A DNA stretch of 64,000 nt from an uncultured Spirochaetaceae bacterium (GCA_964654185.1 CAZZIE010000004.1:4994-68993); one strand, 5' to 3'; counted from the first letter of the stretch, positions 42,349-52,709 are shown. The notes: generated by a model not told the origin, from the letters alone. Numbers and translations: made by a program.

Positions 42349-43823
42349 GCGGTAAGAGACGCAATCGCATCTACATCATTGGCGCCGGTTTCGCCGGGAT
42401 GTCCATTGCGCGGGATATTCGCGCCAAGGAGATCCTTGGGGAGGTCGTCGCTTTCCTTGACGACGACCCGCAGAAGATCGGAACGCGTGTCGACGGGGTT
42501 CCCGTCCTCGGTCCGATCGATGCGGTTGCGGAGATCGTCGACAAGACCCCCGCGGACGAGGCGCTGATTGCCATTCCCAGTGCCGGCCGGGAGAAACTGC
42601 GACAGCTCTATCAGCTCCTGGAGAACGCGGACTTCGCGAAGATTCGAATTCTCCCGGCGGTCTCACAGATTATTGAGGGAGATGCCCATTTCATTCAGAC
42701 CCGCGAGCTCAATCCCGAAGACCTTCTGGGCCGCAACCCCGTGAAGATCGGGCTGCGCGAGAGCCTCCGGTACCTCCGGGGCAAACGCGTCGTCATCACC
42801 GGCGCCGGCGGCAGCATTGGAAGCGAGTTGGCCCGGCAGCTCCTCTCCGGCGGGGCGCAGCGCCTCTACCTCTTTGGTCACGGTGAAAACAGCATCTACG
42901 AGATCGACCGGGAACTGCGGCTCCTTCAGGAAGAGGGCGTCGGCGAGAGGGCAACCATTGTGCCGGTCATCGGGGAGCTCCAGGACCGCGACTACATGCG
43001 CTTCATCCTGAAGAGACTGAAGGCCGATGTCATCTTCCACGCCGCCGCGTACAAACACGTACCCATGGTGGAGGCCAACCCGGTAGTCGCGGTGAAGAAC
43101 AACGTCCTCGGCACGCAGAACCTGGTTGACGCGGCGCTGGAAGCGGGCACCGAGCGCTTTGTGCTCATTTCGACCGACAAGGTCGTGGAGCCGACCTGCG
43201 TCTACGGCGCCTCCAAGAAACTCGCCGAGGAGATCGTGCTGGCGGCGCGGAGCAATCACGGCTCCTACATGGTCGTCCGGTTCGGCAACGTCCTGGGCTC
43301 CCGGGGAAGCATTGTGCCCCTCTTCCATCAGCAGATCGCCAAGGGCGGCCCCGTAACCATTACTCACCCTGAAGTTTCCCGCTTCTTCATGACCATACCG
43401 GAGGCGTCCAGTCTGGTGCTCAAGGCGGGGGGCGTCGGCGATCCCGGCGCGCTCTACGTCCTCGACATGGGCGAGCCGGTGCGCATTCAGGATCTTGCAG
43501 AGCAGATGATCCGCTTCTACGGCTACGAGCCCCACAGTGAGATCGGCGTCTCCTACATCGGGTTGCGCACCGGAGAGAAGCTCACGGAAAGCCCCATCGG
43601 TCCCGGTGAGAGCCCCTGCGACACGCCGTACCCGCGCATCAAGCGCCTGGAGCGTAACGAGCCTGCGGCCGGGTGGCTTACCGAGGTGATCGAGGAGCTG
43701 CGGCCGGTTTGTCAGTTCGATTCGGAGCGGCCGGACGTGTTCAGAAACCGCCGCGCCCTGCGACAGGCTCTGGCACGGCACTTCCCGACCCTGGAGACGA
43801 AGCCCGATGAGCCGGAGTACTGA
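42345..43823 (+). CDS. CapD/PglF/WbpM-type nucleotide-sugar 4,6-dehydratase/epimerase (soluble form)
   Basis: IYIIGAGFAG...VVITGAGGSIGSEL...FHAAAYKHVPMVE...STDKVVEPTCVYGASKKLAE. The ATG overlaps the upstream stop (ATGA). Confidence 0.85.
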   Translation: MSGKRRNRIYIIGAGFAGMSIARDIRAKEILGEVVAFLDDDPQKIGTRVDGVPVLGPIDAVAEIVDKTPADEALIAIPSAGREKLRQLYQLLENADFAKIRILPAVSQIIEGDAHFIQTRELNPEDLLGRNPVKIGLRESLRYLRGKRVVITGAGGSIGSELARQLLSGGAQRLYLFGHGENSIYEIDRELRLLQEEGVGERATIVPVIGELQDRDYMRFILKRLKADVIFHAAAYKHVPMVEANPVVAVKNNVLGTQNLVDAALEAGTERFVLISTDKVVEPTCVYGASKKLAEEIVLAARSNHGSYMVVRFGNVLGSRGSIVPLFHQQIAKGGPVTITHPEVSRFFMTIPEASSLVLKAGGVGDPGALYVLDMGEPVRIQDLAEQMIRFYGYEPHSEIGVSYIGLRTGEKLTESPIGPGESPCDTPYPRIKRLERNEPAAGWLTEVIEELRPVCQFDSERPDVFRNRRALRQALARHFPTLETKPDEPEY

Positions 43824-44991
43824 GTACATTCCCTTTGCGCGCCCGGCAACCGGCGCGGAGGAGGAGGCTGCGGTCCTTCGGGTTCTCAGGAGCGGATGGC
43901 TCACTACCGGAACGGAGGCGCAGCAGCTGGAGCGCTCCTACGCGCTGGCGGCGGGACGACGCCACGCTGTCGCGGTTTCCTCCGCCACGGCGGGGCTGCA
44001 CCTGGTCTGTGAGGCGCTCTCCCTCCGGAAGGGCGCCCGCGTGGCCATGAGCCCGTACACCTTCACGGCCTCCGCGGAGATTCTGCGCTATCTCGACCTG
44101 CACCCGACCTTCGTAGACATCGACCCTGAAACTCTTCAGATGGATCCGCGCGCCCTGGAGGCGGAGCTCGCGGCCGGTGAAGGAATCGCCGCGGTCATGG
44201 CGATTCACATTGCCGGGTTGCCGAGCGACATGGCTGCGATCCGGAGCATTGCGCAGCGACATGAGATTCCGGTGGTGGAGGACGCGGCGCACTGCCTGCC
44301 GAAGAGCGGAGACGCCGCCGTTCCGGACGGGGGATCCGCCGCAGCGATCTTCTCCCTCTACGCGACGAAGCCGGTCACCGCCGGGGAGGGGGGCATTGTT
44401 GTCACCGACCGCGACGACCTGGCCGAGCGCACCCGGGTCATGCGGCTTCACGGAATCGACCGGGACGTCTGGCGGCGCTACACCGACCGCGCGGCGACCT
44501 GGCGGTACGACGTCGTTGACGCGGGATACAAGTACAACCTCCCGGACCTGCTGGCGGCGGTCGGCCGCGTCCAACTCGAGAGCGCCGAGGCGCGGCGCGC
44601 CCGACGGCGAGAGATTGCCCGGCGCTACCACGACGCCCTTCGGGATCGCGATTATCTGAAGCTCCCGCAGGATCACCCCGATCACGACTGGCATCTCTAC
44701 ATCGTCCGGGTGACGCCGGCGGCGCTTCGGGACCCCTTCGTCGCCGGTCTCGCCGAGGCTGGGGTCGGGACGTCGGTCCACTACATTCCCCTGCACCACT
44801 TCAGCTACTACCGCAGCACCTACGGCCTCTCCCCGGAGGACTTTCCCGCGGCAACCCGCGCCTTCCAGGCGGCGGTGAGTCTGCCCCTCTACGCGGGCCT
44901 CACCGACGGAGAGGTCGACCGGGTGATTGCCGCCGTGCTGGACGTGGGAGACACTCTCTCCAGGAGGTTCGAGCGTGTCTCAGGAGAGTAG
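43807..44991 (+). CDS. DegT/DnrJ/EryC1/StrS family PLP-dependent sugar aminotransferase
   Basis: YIPFARPATGAEEEAAVLRVLRSGWLTTG...SLYATKPVTAGEGG... Confidence 0.85.
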   Translation: MSRSTEYIPFARPATGAEEEAAVLRVLRSGWLTTGTEAQQLERSYALAAGRRHAVAVSSATAGLHLVCEALSLRKGARVAMSPYTFTASAEILRYLDLHPTFVDIDPETLQMDPRALEAELAAGEGIAAVMAIHIAGLPSDMAAIRSIAQRHEIPVVEDAAHCLPKSGDAAVPDGGSAAAIFSLYATKPVTAGEGGIVVTDRDDLAERTRVMRLHGIDRDVWRRYTDRAATWRYDVVDAGYKYNLPDLLAAVGRVQLESAEARRARRREIARRYHDALRDRDYLKLPQDHPDHDWHLYIVRVTPAALRDPFVAGLAEAGVGTSVHYIPLHHFSYYRSTYGLSPEDFPAATRAFQAAVSLPLYAGLTDGEVDRVIAAVLDVGDTLSRRFERVSGE

Positions 44992-47086
44992 TCTCCCCCG
45001 GCTCTTCCGCCGCCCCACCGTTTTTGCCAGCGATCTGACCGCGCCGGACATGCTCCACGCCGTGACGCTCCGGTCGACGCGCCCACGCGGAAGCATTGGG
45101 GATCTCCCGCGCCTGCGCGTGCCCACGGACATCCATCTCTTCGGTGCCGACGACGTGCCCGGCGCGAACCTCGTCACGATCGGCGGCGGCAGTCACCCCG
45201 TCCTGGCGGATGACCGGGTGAGTTACGTGGGGCAGCCGATTGCCGTGCTCGCCGGGCCGGACATCCGGAGGGTGCATCAGTCGCTGGATCTCCTTCAGCC
45301 GGAGTACGGCGACGAGGAGGCGGTGCTGGACGAGGACTCGGATAGCGCCGAGATCGCCGGGGAACGTTTCGCCGAGCGGGGCAATCCCGACGGGGAACTC
45401 CGCGACGCCTTCCAGATTGTCCAGGGAACCTACCGTACGGGGCCTCAGGAGCACCTCTACAGCGAGCCCCAGGCCGTTTTCGCCACACCGGAAGGGACCG
45501 AGTCGGTTACCGTGTACACTTCAACCCAGTGGCCGCACCACGTGCAGCGCTCCATTGCCCGGGCGCTGGGCGTGCCTCTCAAACGCGTCCGGGTCATTGC
45601 AACGGAGACGGGAGTCCACCTCGACGGGAAGCTCTGGATTCCCTCCCTCATCTCGGTACACGCCGCCCTGGCGGCACTCCGAACGGGCCGACCGGTGAAG
45701 CTGGTCTACACGCGTCAGGAGGACTTCCGCTTTACCTCGAAGCGGGCACCGGTTCGGGTGCGCTACACGACCGCCCTGGATTCGAGCGGCGATCTCCGGG
45801 CGGTGATCGTCTTCATTCGCGTGAATGTGGGAGCCTTCCCCATCTACCTGGACGAGCTCCTCGATCACCTGGTGATTTCGGCCACCGGTGACTACCGGTG
45901 CGACAACATCCGCGTCCACGCCGTGGCACTCAAGACCAACCTCCCCCCTTTCGACGCTTTCTCGGGCCTCGGAAGCGCCCAGGCCTTCTTTGCCTGCGAG
46001 AGCCACACCACCCGGGTGGCGGAGGTGGCGCAGGAGTCCCCGCTTGCGTGGAAGGCGGCGCACCTCCTCCGCAAGGGTGACACGCACCCCCTCGGCGGGA
46101 AGGAGCAGGAAGACCGGGAGGCGTACAAGCTCTTCGACCGTGTCGATGAGGCTTCCGACTTCTCCCGGAAGCACGCCGCCTTCGAGCTCCAGAAGAAGCG
46201 GCGAACCACCTTTCTCGGCGCCACGGAAGAGCAGCGGGGAATCGGCATTGCCTTCGCATCTCAAGGGAGCGGCTTCGTCGGCCGGGGCGAGGAGGAGATC
46301 TCCGCGTCGGTGCGCATTCGGCTAGATCAGGAGGGTGTCGCAACGGTGTACAACTCCGCGGTGTCCGAGGGAGAGTCCCTCCGCGCCATCTGGACCGACC
46401 GGATAGCCGCCGCGCTCAACCTCAACCGCGAGAATGTGCATTTTGCCGACACCGACACGGCGGTCGTCCCGGACTCGGGGCCGTCCTTCCTGTCACGGAA
46501 CATTACGGCGGTCACTCGCGCCCTGGACCTTTCCTGCGCGGCCATCCAGAAGCGCCGCTTCCGTGATCCCCTGCCCATTGAGGTGTCCCGAAGCTACCGC
46601 GTGCCCCGGGTCCTCACCTGGAACCGCGAAACCGTATCGGGAAAGCCCTACGCCAACCTCTCCCGGGCCGCCGCGGTGGTAGAGCTCTCCGCCAACCCGT
46701 CCACCCTGGAGATGCATGTCCGGGGGATCTGGCTCGCGGTGTTCGCCGGCAACATACTTGATCCGAACGGCGCCCGGAAGAAGCTCGAGATGTCGGTCTA
46801 CCAGGCAATGGGGTGGGCCGCATCCGAAGCGCTGGACTACCAGTCCGGGCTCCTGGCGGCCCACGCCTATGAGCAGTACGCACCGGATCTCTGGTCGCAG
46901 TATCCGCCCATTTCCATTGACTTCGCCGGCGATCTGGAGAAGCTTCCCTCCCTCGGGCTGGAGGAGCTACCATTCAACTGCGTGCCGGCGGCCTACGCGG
47001 CGGCGGTGACCCAGGCGACAGGGCACTACATTGACCGGATACCTGCGACGGCGGCACTCCTGCGCTCTTATCTGGAGGAAGAGTGA
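44975..47086 (+). CDS. xanthine dehydrogenase/aldehyde oxidase family large (molybdopterin-binding-like) subunit, divergent
   Basis: LHAVTLRS...SYVGQPIAVLAG, QEHLYSEPQA, TQWPHHVQRSIARALGVPLKRVRV, GRPVKLVYTRQEDF. GTG at 44975 has AGGAGG 7 nt upstream and overlaps the degT-like gene by 17 nt. The canonical GGGFGGK motif is replaced (see findings). Confidence 0.7.
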   Translation: MSQESSLPRLFRRPTVFASDLTAPDMLHAVTLRSTRPRGSIGDLPRLRVPTDIHLFGADDVPGANLVTIGGGSHPVLADDRVSYVGQPIAVLAGPDIRRVHQSLDLLQPEYGDEEAVLDEDSDSAEIAGERFAERGNPDGELRDAFQIVQGTYRTGPQEHLYSEPQAVFATPEGTESVTVYTSTQWPHHVQRSIARALGVPLKRVRVIATETGVHLDGKLWIPSLISVHAALAALRTGRPVKLVYTRQEDFRFTSKRAPVRVRYTTALDSSGDLRAVIVFIRVNVGAFPIYLDELLDHLVISATGDYRCDNIRVHAVALKTNLPPFDAFSGLGSAQAFFACESHTTRVAEVAQESPLAWKAAHLLRKGDTHPLGGKEQEDREAYKLFDRVDEASDFSRKHAAFELQKKRRTTFLGATEEQRGIGIAFASQGSGFVGRGEEEISASVRIRLDQEGVATVYNSAVSEGESLRAIWTDRIAAALNLNRENVHFADTDTAVVPDSGPSFLSRNITAVTRALDLSCAAIQKRRFRDPLPIEVSRSYRVPRVLTWNRETVSGKPYANLSRAAAVVELSANPSTLEMHVRGIWLAVFAGNILDPNGARKKLEMSVYQAMGWAASEALDYQSGLLAAHAYEQYAPDLWSQYPPISIDFAGDLEKLPSLGLEELPFNCVPAAYAAAVTQATGHYIDRIPATAALLRSYLEEE

Positions 47087-47571
47087 GAATCAGCTTCGTC
47101 CTGAACCGACAGCGCGTCTCTCTGGATACACATCCCGAGACTCTTCTGATCGATGTGCTCCGGGAGAGCTTCGATCAGATCGGGGCGCGGCCGGGGTGCA
47201 TTCAGGGAGAGTGCGGATTCTGCTCGGTTCTCCTGGACGACAACCTGGCGCTCTCATGCATGCTTCCCATGTTTCTGGTCCGGGGGCGCCGGGTCACCAC
47301 AATCGATGCCTTCCTCCAGAGCCCGGAGTACCGCGACATTGAGCTCGGGTTTCGCCGTGCCGGGATCGAGCCGTGCCGCTTCTGCGTGGCCGGCAAGGTC
47401 CTCACCACCTACGAGGTGATTCGCCACGCCCGTCGACCGAGTGTAGAGGAGCTCGACCGAGCCGCCGCGGCGGTGCAGTGCCGCTGCACCAGCTACTCGC
47501 GCTATCGCACGGCCATCCGTTACGCCGCGGAGTTCCGCAGGAAGAGAGAGAATGTCAAACGACGCTCTTAG
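47083..47571 (+). CDS. [2Fe-2S]-binding small subunit of the xanthine dehydrogenase family
   Basis: GCIQGECGFCSVLLD...SCM (first cluster) and PCRFCVAG...CRCTSY (second cluster). The GTGA start overlaps the upstream stop. Confidence 0.8.
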   Translation: MRISFVLNRQRVSLDTHPETLLIDVLRESFDQIGARPGCIQGECGFCSVLLDDNLALSCMLPMFLVRGRRVTTIDAFLQSPEYRDIELGFRRAGIEPCRFCVAGKVLTTYEVIRHARRPSVEELDRAAAAVQCRCTSYSRYRTAIRYAAEFRRKRENVKRRS

Positions 47572-48442
47572 CACCTATATCCACTACCCGCGCAACCTCG
47601 CCGAGCTCATAAACATCTACCACCGTCGCCCCCACGCCCTCCTCTACGCCGGGGGCAACTACATTCTGAAGACGCAACGTCAGCGCTACCTCGACTTCGG
47701 CACGGACATAATCTACGTTGCGAATGTGGGCGAGCTGACGCGGATCACCCGGAGTGAGCGCACCGTCGAGATCGGCGCCGCGGTCCCCGTGGCGGAGGTG
47801 CTGGAGCTCGGCCGCAACGTCCTTCCCGGCCCCTTTCTCTCGGCGCTCCGCCGACTAGGTCCGGTCGGAGTGCAGCACAGTGCCACCCTGGGCGGCAACC
47901 TCGGGGTCCGCGACGAGATCCTCACGGTCGAGCCCATTCTGCATCTCCTGGACGCCCGGATAGAGCTGCGCAGACACGGCAACTCCCGGTGGATTCCGGT
48001 TACCCGGCTCCGCGATGAGGACGGCTCCCTGTCACTGCGGCCGGGTGAGCTGATCACCCGGATCCGGGTGCCCATCAACGCCTGGAACCACTTCGACTTC
48101 CGGCAGTTCGGGAAGCCCTACCTTGCCGACTCGGAGCCCGTGGTTTTCGGAGCGCTGGCGCGGACGACCAAGGAGGTCCTGGAGGATCTCCGGGTCGCCG
48201 CCAGTGCCGGGGGCGGAAGCGTCTTTCGCAACCGGGAGCTGGAGGCGGAGCTGGTGGGCCGGCGGATCCCCTTCCCCGCCCGGGAGCTCCAGGGCTTTCT
48301 CCGGGACGCGCTCAGCTACATCTCTTCGACGGGAATGCCCTTGACCGGGCTGCAGCGGCACCGGCTGATATCACTCCTTCGGGACTTCGTCACCGCCCTG
48401 CCGCGACAGACCGCCTCCCGCAGCAGCGTCGAGATGCCGTGA
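47552..48442 (+). CDS. FAD-binding (CoxM/XdhB-like) medium subunit of the xanthine dehydrogenase family
   Basis: LLYAGGNYIL...ATLGGNLG... Size and position fit the FAD-binding subunit. Confidence 0.7.
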   Translation: MSNDALSTYIHYPRNLAELINIYHRRPHALLYAGGNYILKTQRQRYLDFGTDIIYVANVGELTRITRSERTVEIGAAVPVAEVLELGRNVLPGPFLSALRRLGPVGVQHSATLGGNLGVRDEILTVEPILHLLDARIELRRHGNSRWIPVTRLRDEDGSLSLRPGELITRIRVPINAWNHFDFRQFGKPYLADSEPVVFGALARTTKEVLEDLRVAASAGGGSVFRNRELEAELVGRRIPFPARELQGFLRDALSYISSTGMPLTGLQRHRLISLLRDFVTALPRQTASRSSVEMP

Positions 48443-48564
48443 CGGGTGGCGACGCAGCGTGTGCGCCGGGACGGGGCCGCGCGCACCGGGGCGCCGGCGC
48501 GGTCCCGTTGCGAAGCGCGCGGGGCCATATTATGATTGACCAACTTCACAAGGGGTAATCCTGG

Positions 48565-51500
48565 GTGCAGGAGTTCGTTCACCTCCACAACCATTCCGAC
48601 TATAGCCTGTTGAAGGGCGCCGCCCGCATCTCCGACATGGTTGCACGGGCCGCCGAGATGGGCATGCGCCACCTGGCCATCACCGACGACGGGAACATGT
48701 TCGGCGCCCTGGAGTTCTACCAGGCGTGCAAAGCCGCCGACATCAATCCGGTAGTCGGCTGCGACTTCTACGTTGCCGGTGAGTCCCGGCACGTCAAGAC
48801 GCCGGGGAACGCCGGGAACCGGTCGAACCGCCTGGTCCTCCTTGCCCGGGACAACCAGGGCTATCGGAACCTCATTGAGCTCAGCTCGCTCGGCTACACC
48901 GAGGGTTTCTACTACAAGCCCCGGATCGACAGGGAGCTCCTTCAGCAGTACGCCGGCGGCCTGATCGCCCTGACCGGCAGCCTCTCCGGCGAGATCCCCT
49001 CCTATATCCGTCGCAACCGCATGGACGACGCCGCCGAGGCGGCGCGCTGGCTCGTCCGGGTCTACGGCGCAGGGAACGTCTATCTGGAGCTGCAGGACCA
49101 CAAGCTCCCGGAGCAGCGCATCGTGAATCAGGGGCTCCTTCAGCTTTCAAAGGAGCTCGACCTTCCCCTCGTCGCCACGAACGACACCCATTATGTCAAT
49201 AAGGACGATGCCAAAGCGCAGGATGTGTTGCTCTGCATTGGATCCAACAAGAAACGCCACGAGACCAACAGGTTCAAGTTCTCCACGGAGGAGTTCTACC
49301 TGAAGCCCCCGGAGGAGATGGCGGCACTCTTCGCGGAAACCCCGGAGGCGCTTTCCAACTCGGTGCGAATCGCCGAGCAGTGCAACCTGGAGATCGATCT
49401 CCCGGGCCCCATGTTCCCGGACTACACCATCCCGGAGGAGTTCGCCTCCCCGGACGACTATCTTCGCCACCTCACCTTCGAGGGGCTGAAGGATCGCTAC
49501 GAACCGGTGACGCAGGAGCACCGGGAACGCGCCACTTACGAGCTCGATACGATCATCGACATGGGGTTCACCGGGTACTTCCTCATTGTCTGGGACTTCA
49601 TCAAGTTCGCCCGGGACAACGGGATCCCCGTGGGCCCGGGGCGCGGCTCCGGCGCCGGCAGCATTGTCGCCTACGCCCTGAAGATCACCGACATTGAGCC
49701 CCTCAAGTACGGTCTTCTCTTCGAACGCTTTCTCAACCCCGACCGCGTTTCAATGCCCGACTTCGACATTGACTTCTGCTACGAGCGGCGGGGAGAGGTC
49801 ATTGACTACGTCACCCGGAAGTACGGAAGCGACAAGGTCGGTCAGATCATCACCTTCGGGACCCTGAAGGCGAAGGCGGTCATCCGGGATGTCGCGCGGG
49901 TCCTGGACTACTCCTTTGCCGAGGCGGACCAGATTGCCAAGAAGATACCCGCGGGCCCCGGGGTCAAGCTGAAAGAGGCGATCGAGGCGGACCCGGAGCT
50001 TCAGGAGATGGCGGAGCCCGGGAGCCCGCACCACGAGCTGATCGCCATTGCCCTCAAACTCGAAGGACTCCACCGCCACGCCTCGACCCACGCCGCAGGC
50101 ATCGTCATAGGTCAGAAACCGCTGACCGAGTACGTTCCCCTCTACCGCGACCCGAAGACCGGCAGCATCTCGACGCAGTTCACCATGGATCAGCTCGAGG
50201 CGTGCGGCCTGGTGAAGATGGACTTTCTGGGACTCAAGACGCTCACCCTGATCGAGAATACCCAGGCGCTCATTCGCGAGCGCGGTGTGGACTTCGATCA
50301 TGAGAAGATCCCCGAGGAGGATCAGCCTACCTTCAAGCTCCTCGGCGAGGGAAAGAGCGCGGCAATCTTCCAGTTCGAGAGTCAGGGCATGCAGGCGGTC
50401 CTCGCGAAGGCGAAGCCCACCCGGATCGAGGATCTCATTGCCTTGAACGCCCTCTATCGGCCGGGGCCCATGGAGAACATCGATCAGTTCGTGGAGTCGA
50501 AGCACGGGCGCACCCCGATCCGATACCCCCTGAAGGAGCTCGAGCCGGTCCTGAAGGAGACCTACGGCGTCATTGTCTACCAGGAACAGGTCATGGAGAT
50601 CGTCCGGATTGTCGGCGGCTTCTCCCTGGGACAGGCGGACATTCTCCGACGCGCCATGGGCAAGAAGAAGATCGCCGAAATGGAGAAGATGAAGGCGGAG
50701 TTCCTGGATGGGGCGGTGAGCAAGGGCTTCACCCGGGCCCAGGCCGAAGGTATCTTCGATCTACTGAAGCCCTTTGCCGGGTATGGCTTCAACAAGTCCC
50801 ACGCCGCGGCGTACTCCATCCTGGCCTACAAGACCGCCTACCTGAAGGCGAACTACACCGTCGAGTTCATGGCGGCCAACCTCACGAATGAGATCAACAA
50901 CCCCGACACCTTCGCGTGGTACCTCAACGAGACACGGACCATGGGGATCACGGTGCACCCGCCGGACCTCAACCGAAGCGAGAAGTACTTCACCGTTTCG
51001 GGAAACGACATACTCTACGGCCTGGTGGGGATCAAGAACGTCGGCTCCGGAGCGGTGGACGAGATCCTCCGGGAGCGCCGTGAAGGTGGGGAGTTCACAT
51101 CGGTCCAGGACTTCCTGGAGCGGGTGGATCTGCGCACGGTCAACCGCAAGATGCTGGAGGTGGGCATCCAGTGCGGCCTCTTCGACAGCCTGGACGGACG
51201 TCGCCGCACCCTCATGGAGAACCTGGACGTCCTCATGGACCACGCCTCCAAGACCCAGGAGTTGCGACGAAGCGGCCAGACGTCTCTCTTCGAAGCGGAG
51301 GAAGCGGCGGTTACGTCCACCCTGGATACGGTCGAGGAGACCGACCCGGTCGAGTGGCTCGAGTACGAGCGGGACTACCTGGGCGCCTACTTCTCCGGCC
51401 ATCCCATGGACAGCTACCGCCGCAGATGGGAGCGCTGCGTCCACGTGAATCTCTCCCAACTCGGGGGCATCTCCCCGGAGCGAACCCACCAGCTACTGGG

Positions 51501-51984
51501 CCTGCTCACGGACACCCGGGTGATCTTCACGAAGAACGGCAGGCCCATGGCCTTCGGCAAGCTCGAAGACTTCAACGGCCAGGTGGAGCTCGTGCTCTTC
51601 GAGAACGCCTATGAGGAGAGCCGGGAACTCTTGCACGATCGCAAGGTCGTCGGCGCGTTCGGCACCTTCGAGGAGCGCCGGGGACGCATGCAGTTCGTCG
51701 TGGAAAAGCTGGTCGGGCCCGAGGATCTCGAGGAGACGGCACCGGTGCCGATTCACATTCGCCTGAAGGTATGCGACAACAATCACGACGAGATGGAGCG
51801 CCTCCGAGGACTCCGCGCCTTCCTCTACGAACGGCGGGGCAATTGCCCCGTGTACCTCCACGTGGGAGAGAACGGCCGGGAGACCGTCGTCAAGGCGTCG
51901 TCCCAACTGACGGTGTCAGGCAAAGAGAGTATCTTGGAGGAGATTCGGCGCTACGAGCCGGTGGAAGCGGTCTGGACCGGGTAG
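48565..51984 (+). CDS. dnaE: DNA polymerase III alpha subunit
   Basis: FVHLHNHSDYSLLKGA (PHP domain), ...GPGRGSGAGSIVAYAL..PDFDIDF.., 1139 aa. Confidence 0.95.
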   Translation: MQEFVHLHNHSDYSLLKGAARISDMVARAAEMGMRHLAITDDGNMFGALEFYQACKAADINPVVGCDFYVAGESRHVKTPGNAGNRSNRLVLLARDNQGYRNLIELSSLGYTEGFYYKPRIDRELLQQYAGGLIALTGSLSGEIPSYIRRNRMDDAAEAARWLVRVYGAGNVYLELQDHKLPEQRIVNQGLLQLSKELDLPLVATNDTHYVNKDDAKAQDVLLCIGSNKKRHETNRFKFSTEEFYLKPPEEMAALFAETPEALSNSVRIAEQCNLEIDLPGPMFPDYTIPEEFASPDDYLRHLTFEGLKDRYEPVTQEHRERATYELDTIIDMGFTGYFLIVWDFIKFARDNGIPVGPGRGSGAGSIVAYALKITDIEPLKYGLLFERFLNPDRVSMPDFDIDFCYERRGEVIDYVTRKYGSDKVGQIITFGTLKAKAVIRDVARVLDYSFAEADQIAKKIPAGPGVKLKEAIEADPELQEMAEPGSPHHELIAIALKLEGLHRHASTHAAGIVIGQKPLTEYVPLYRDPKTGSISTQFTMDQLEACGLVKMDFLGLKTLTLIENTQALIRERGVDFDHEKIPEEDQPTFKLLGEGKSAAIFQFESQGMQAVLAKAKPTRIEDLIALNALYRPGPMENIDQFVESKHGRTPIRYPLKELEPVLKETYGVIVYQEQVMEIVRIVGGFSLGQADILRRAMGKKKIAEMEKMKAEFLDGAVSKGFTRAQAEGIFDLLKPFAGYGFNKSHAAAYSILAYKTAYLKANYTVEFMAANLTNEINNPDTFAWYLNETRTMGITVHPPDLNRSEKYFTVSGNDILYGLVGIKNVGSGAVDEILRERREGGEFTSVQDFLERVDLRTVNRKMLEVGIQCGLFDSLDGRRRTLMENLDVLMDHASKTQELRRSGQTSLFEAEEAAVTSTLDTVEETDPVEWLEYERDYLGAYFSGHPMDSYRRRWERCVHVNLSQLGGISPERTHQLLGLLTDTRVIFTKNGRPMAFGKLEDFNGQVELVLFENAYEESRELLHDRKVVGAFGTFEERRGRMQFVVEKLVGPEDLEETAPVPIHIRLKVCDNNHDEMERLRGLRAFLYERRGNCPVYLHVGENGRETVVKASSQLTVSGKESILEEIRRYEPVEAVWTG

Positions 51985-52118
51985 CCGACGCACGCCCGAG
52001 CGCCAAAGCGCCGCAGGCGCCGCGACGGGCCGGACCCCGAACAGAGGCGAACGGTCCCGACGGGCCGGGCGGCCCCGCGCGCCGGCCGCCGCACCGCTTC
52101 GCGACTGAGGAGGACTGA

Positions 52119-52709
52119 ATGCTGCAGATGATCATGCGATTCGTGAGCACACTCATTTCCATTTACATGCTCATCATCTTCATCCGCATTGTGCTGAGCT
52201 GGTTCAGCGGCGGCTACTACGGGCGCGTCATGGACTGGCTTCGCGCCATTACGGACCCCTACCTCAACATCTTTCGCGGATCGAGGTGGACGCAGATCGG
52301 CCGCATGGACTTCTCCCCGGTCGTCGCCATCATTGCCCTGGGCATTGTGAGCAACCTGGCGAGCAGGATCGCCTTCGCCGGCACAATCAGCTTCGGGATC
52401 GTAGTGGCCATGACGCTCCAGGCTCTGGCATCCGCCATATCATTCTTCATCATTCTCTTCCTCGTCCTCGCCGGCATCCGGCTGATCTCGACCTTCTTCA
52501 ACGTCGACATGACGAGCCGCTTCTGGTACGCCCTCGACGAGATCCTCCGTCCCCTGACTGCGCGCCTCACCGACAAGATTGCCCGCGGACGGGAGATGTC
52601 CTACAAGCAGGAGCTCATGGTCTTCGGCGTGATCCTCATTGCCGTGCTTATACTGGGCAACCTCGGCGTGGACCTGCTGTCGGGAGGTCTTCGACGGCTG
52701 CCCTTCTAA
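52119..52709 (+). CDS. yggT: YggT family membrane protein (two YggT repeats)
   Basis: YMLIIFIRIVLSWF... and a second repeat FLVLAGIRLISTFF. GAGGAGG upstream. Confidence 0.7.
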   Translation: MLQMIMRFVSTLISIYMLIIFIRIVLSWFSGGYYGRVMDWLRAITDPYLNIFRGSRWTQIGRMDFSPVVAIIALGIVSNLASRIAFAGTISFGIVVAMTLQALASAISFFIILFLVLAGIRLISTFFNVDMTSRFWYALDEILRPLTARLTDKIARGREMSYKQELMVFGVILIAVLILGNLGVDLLSGGLRRLPF

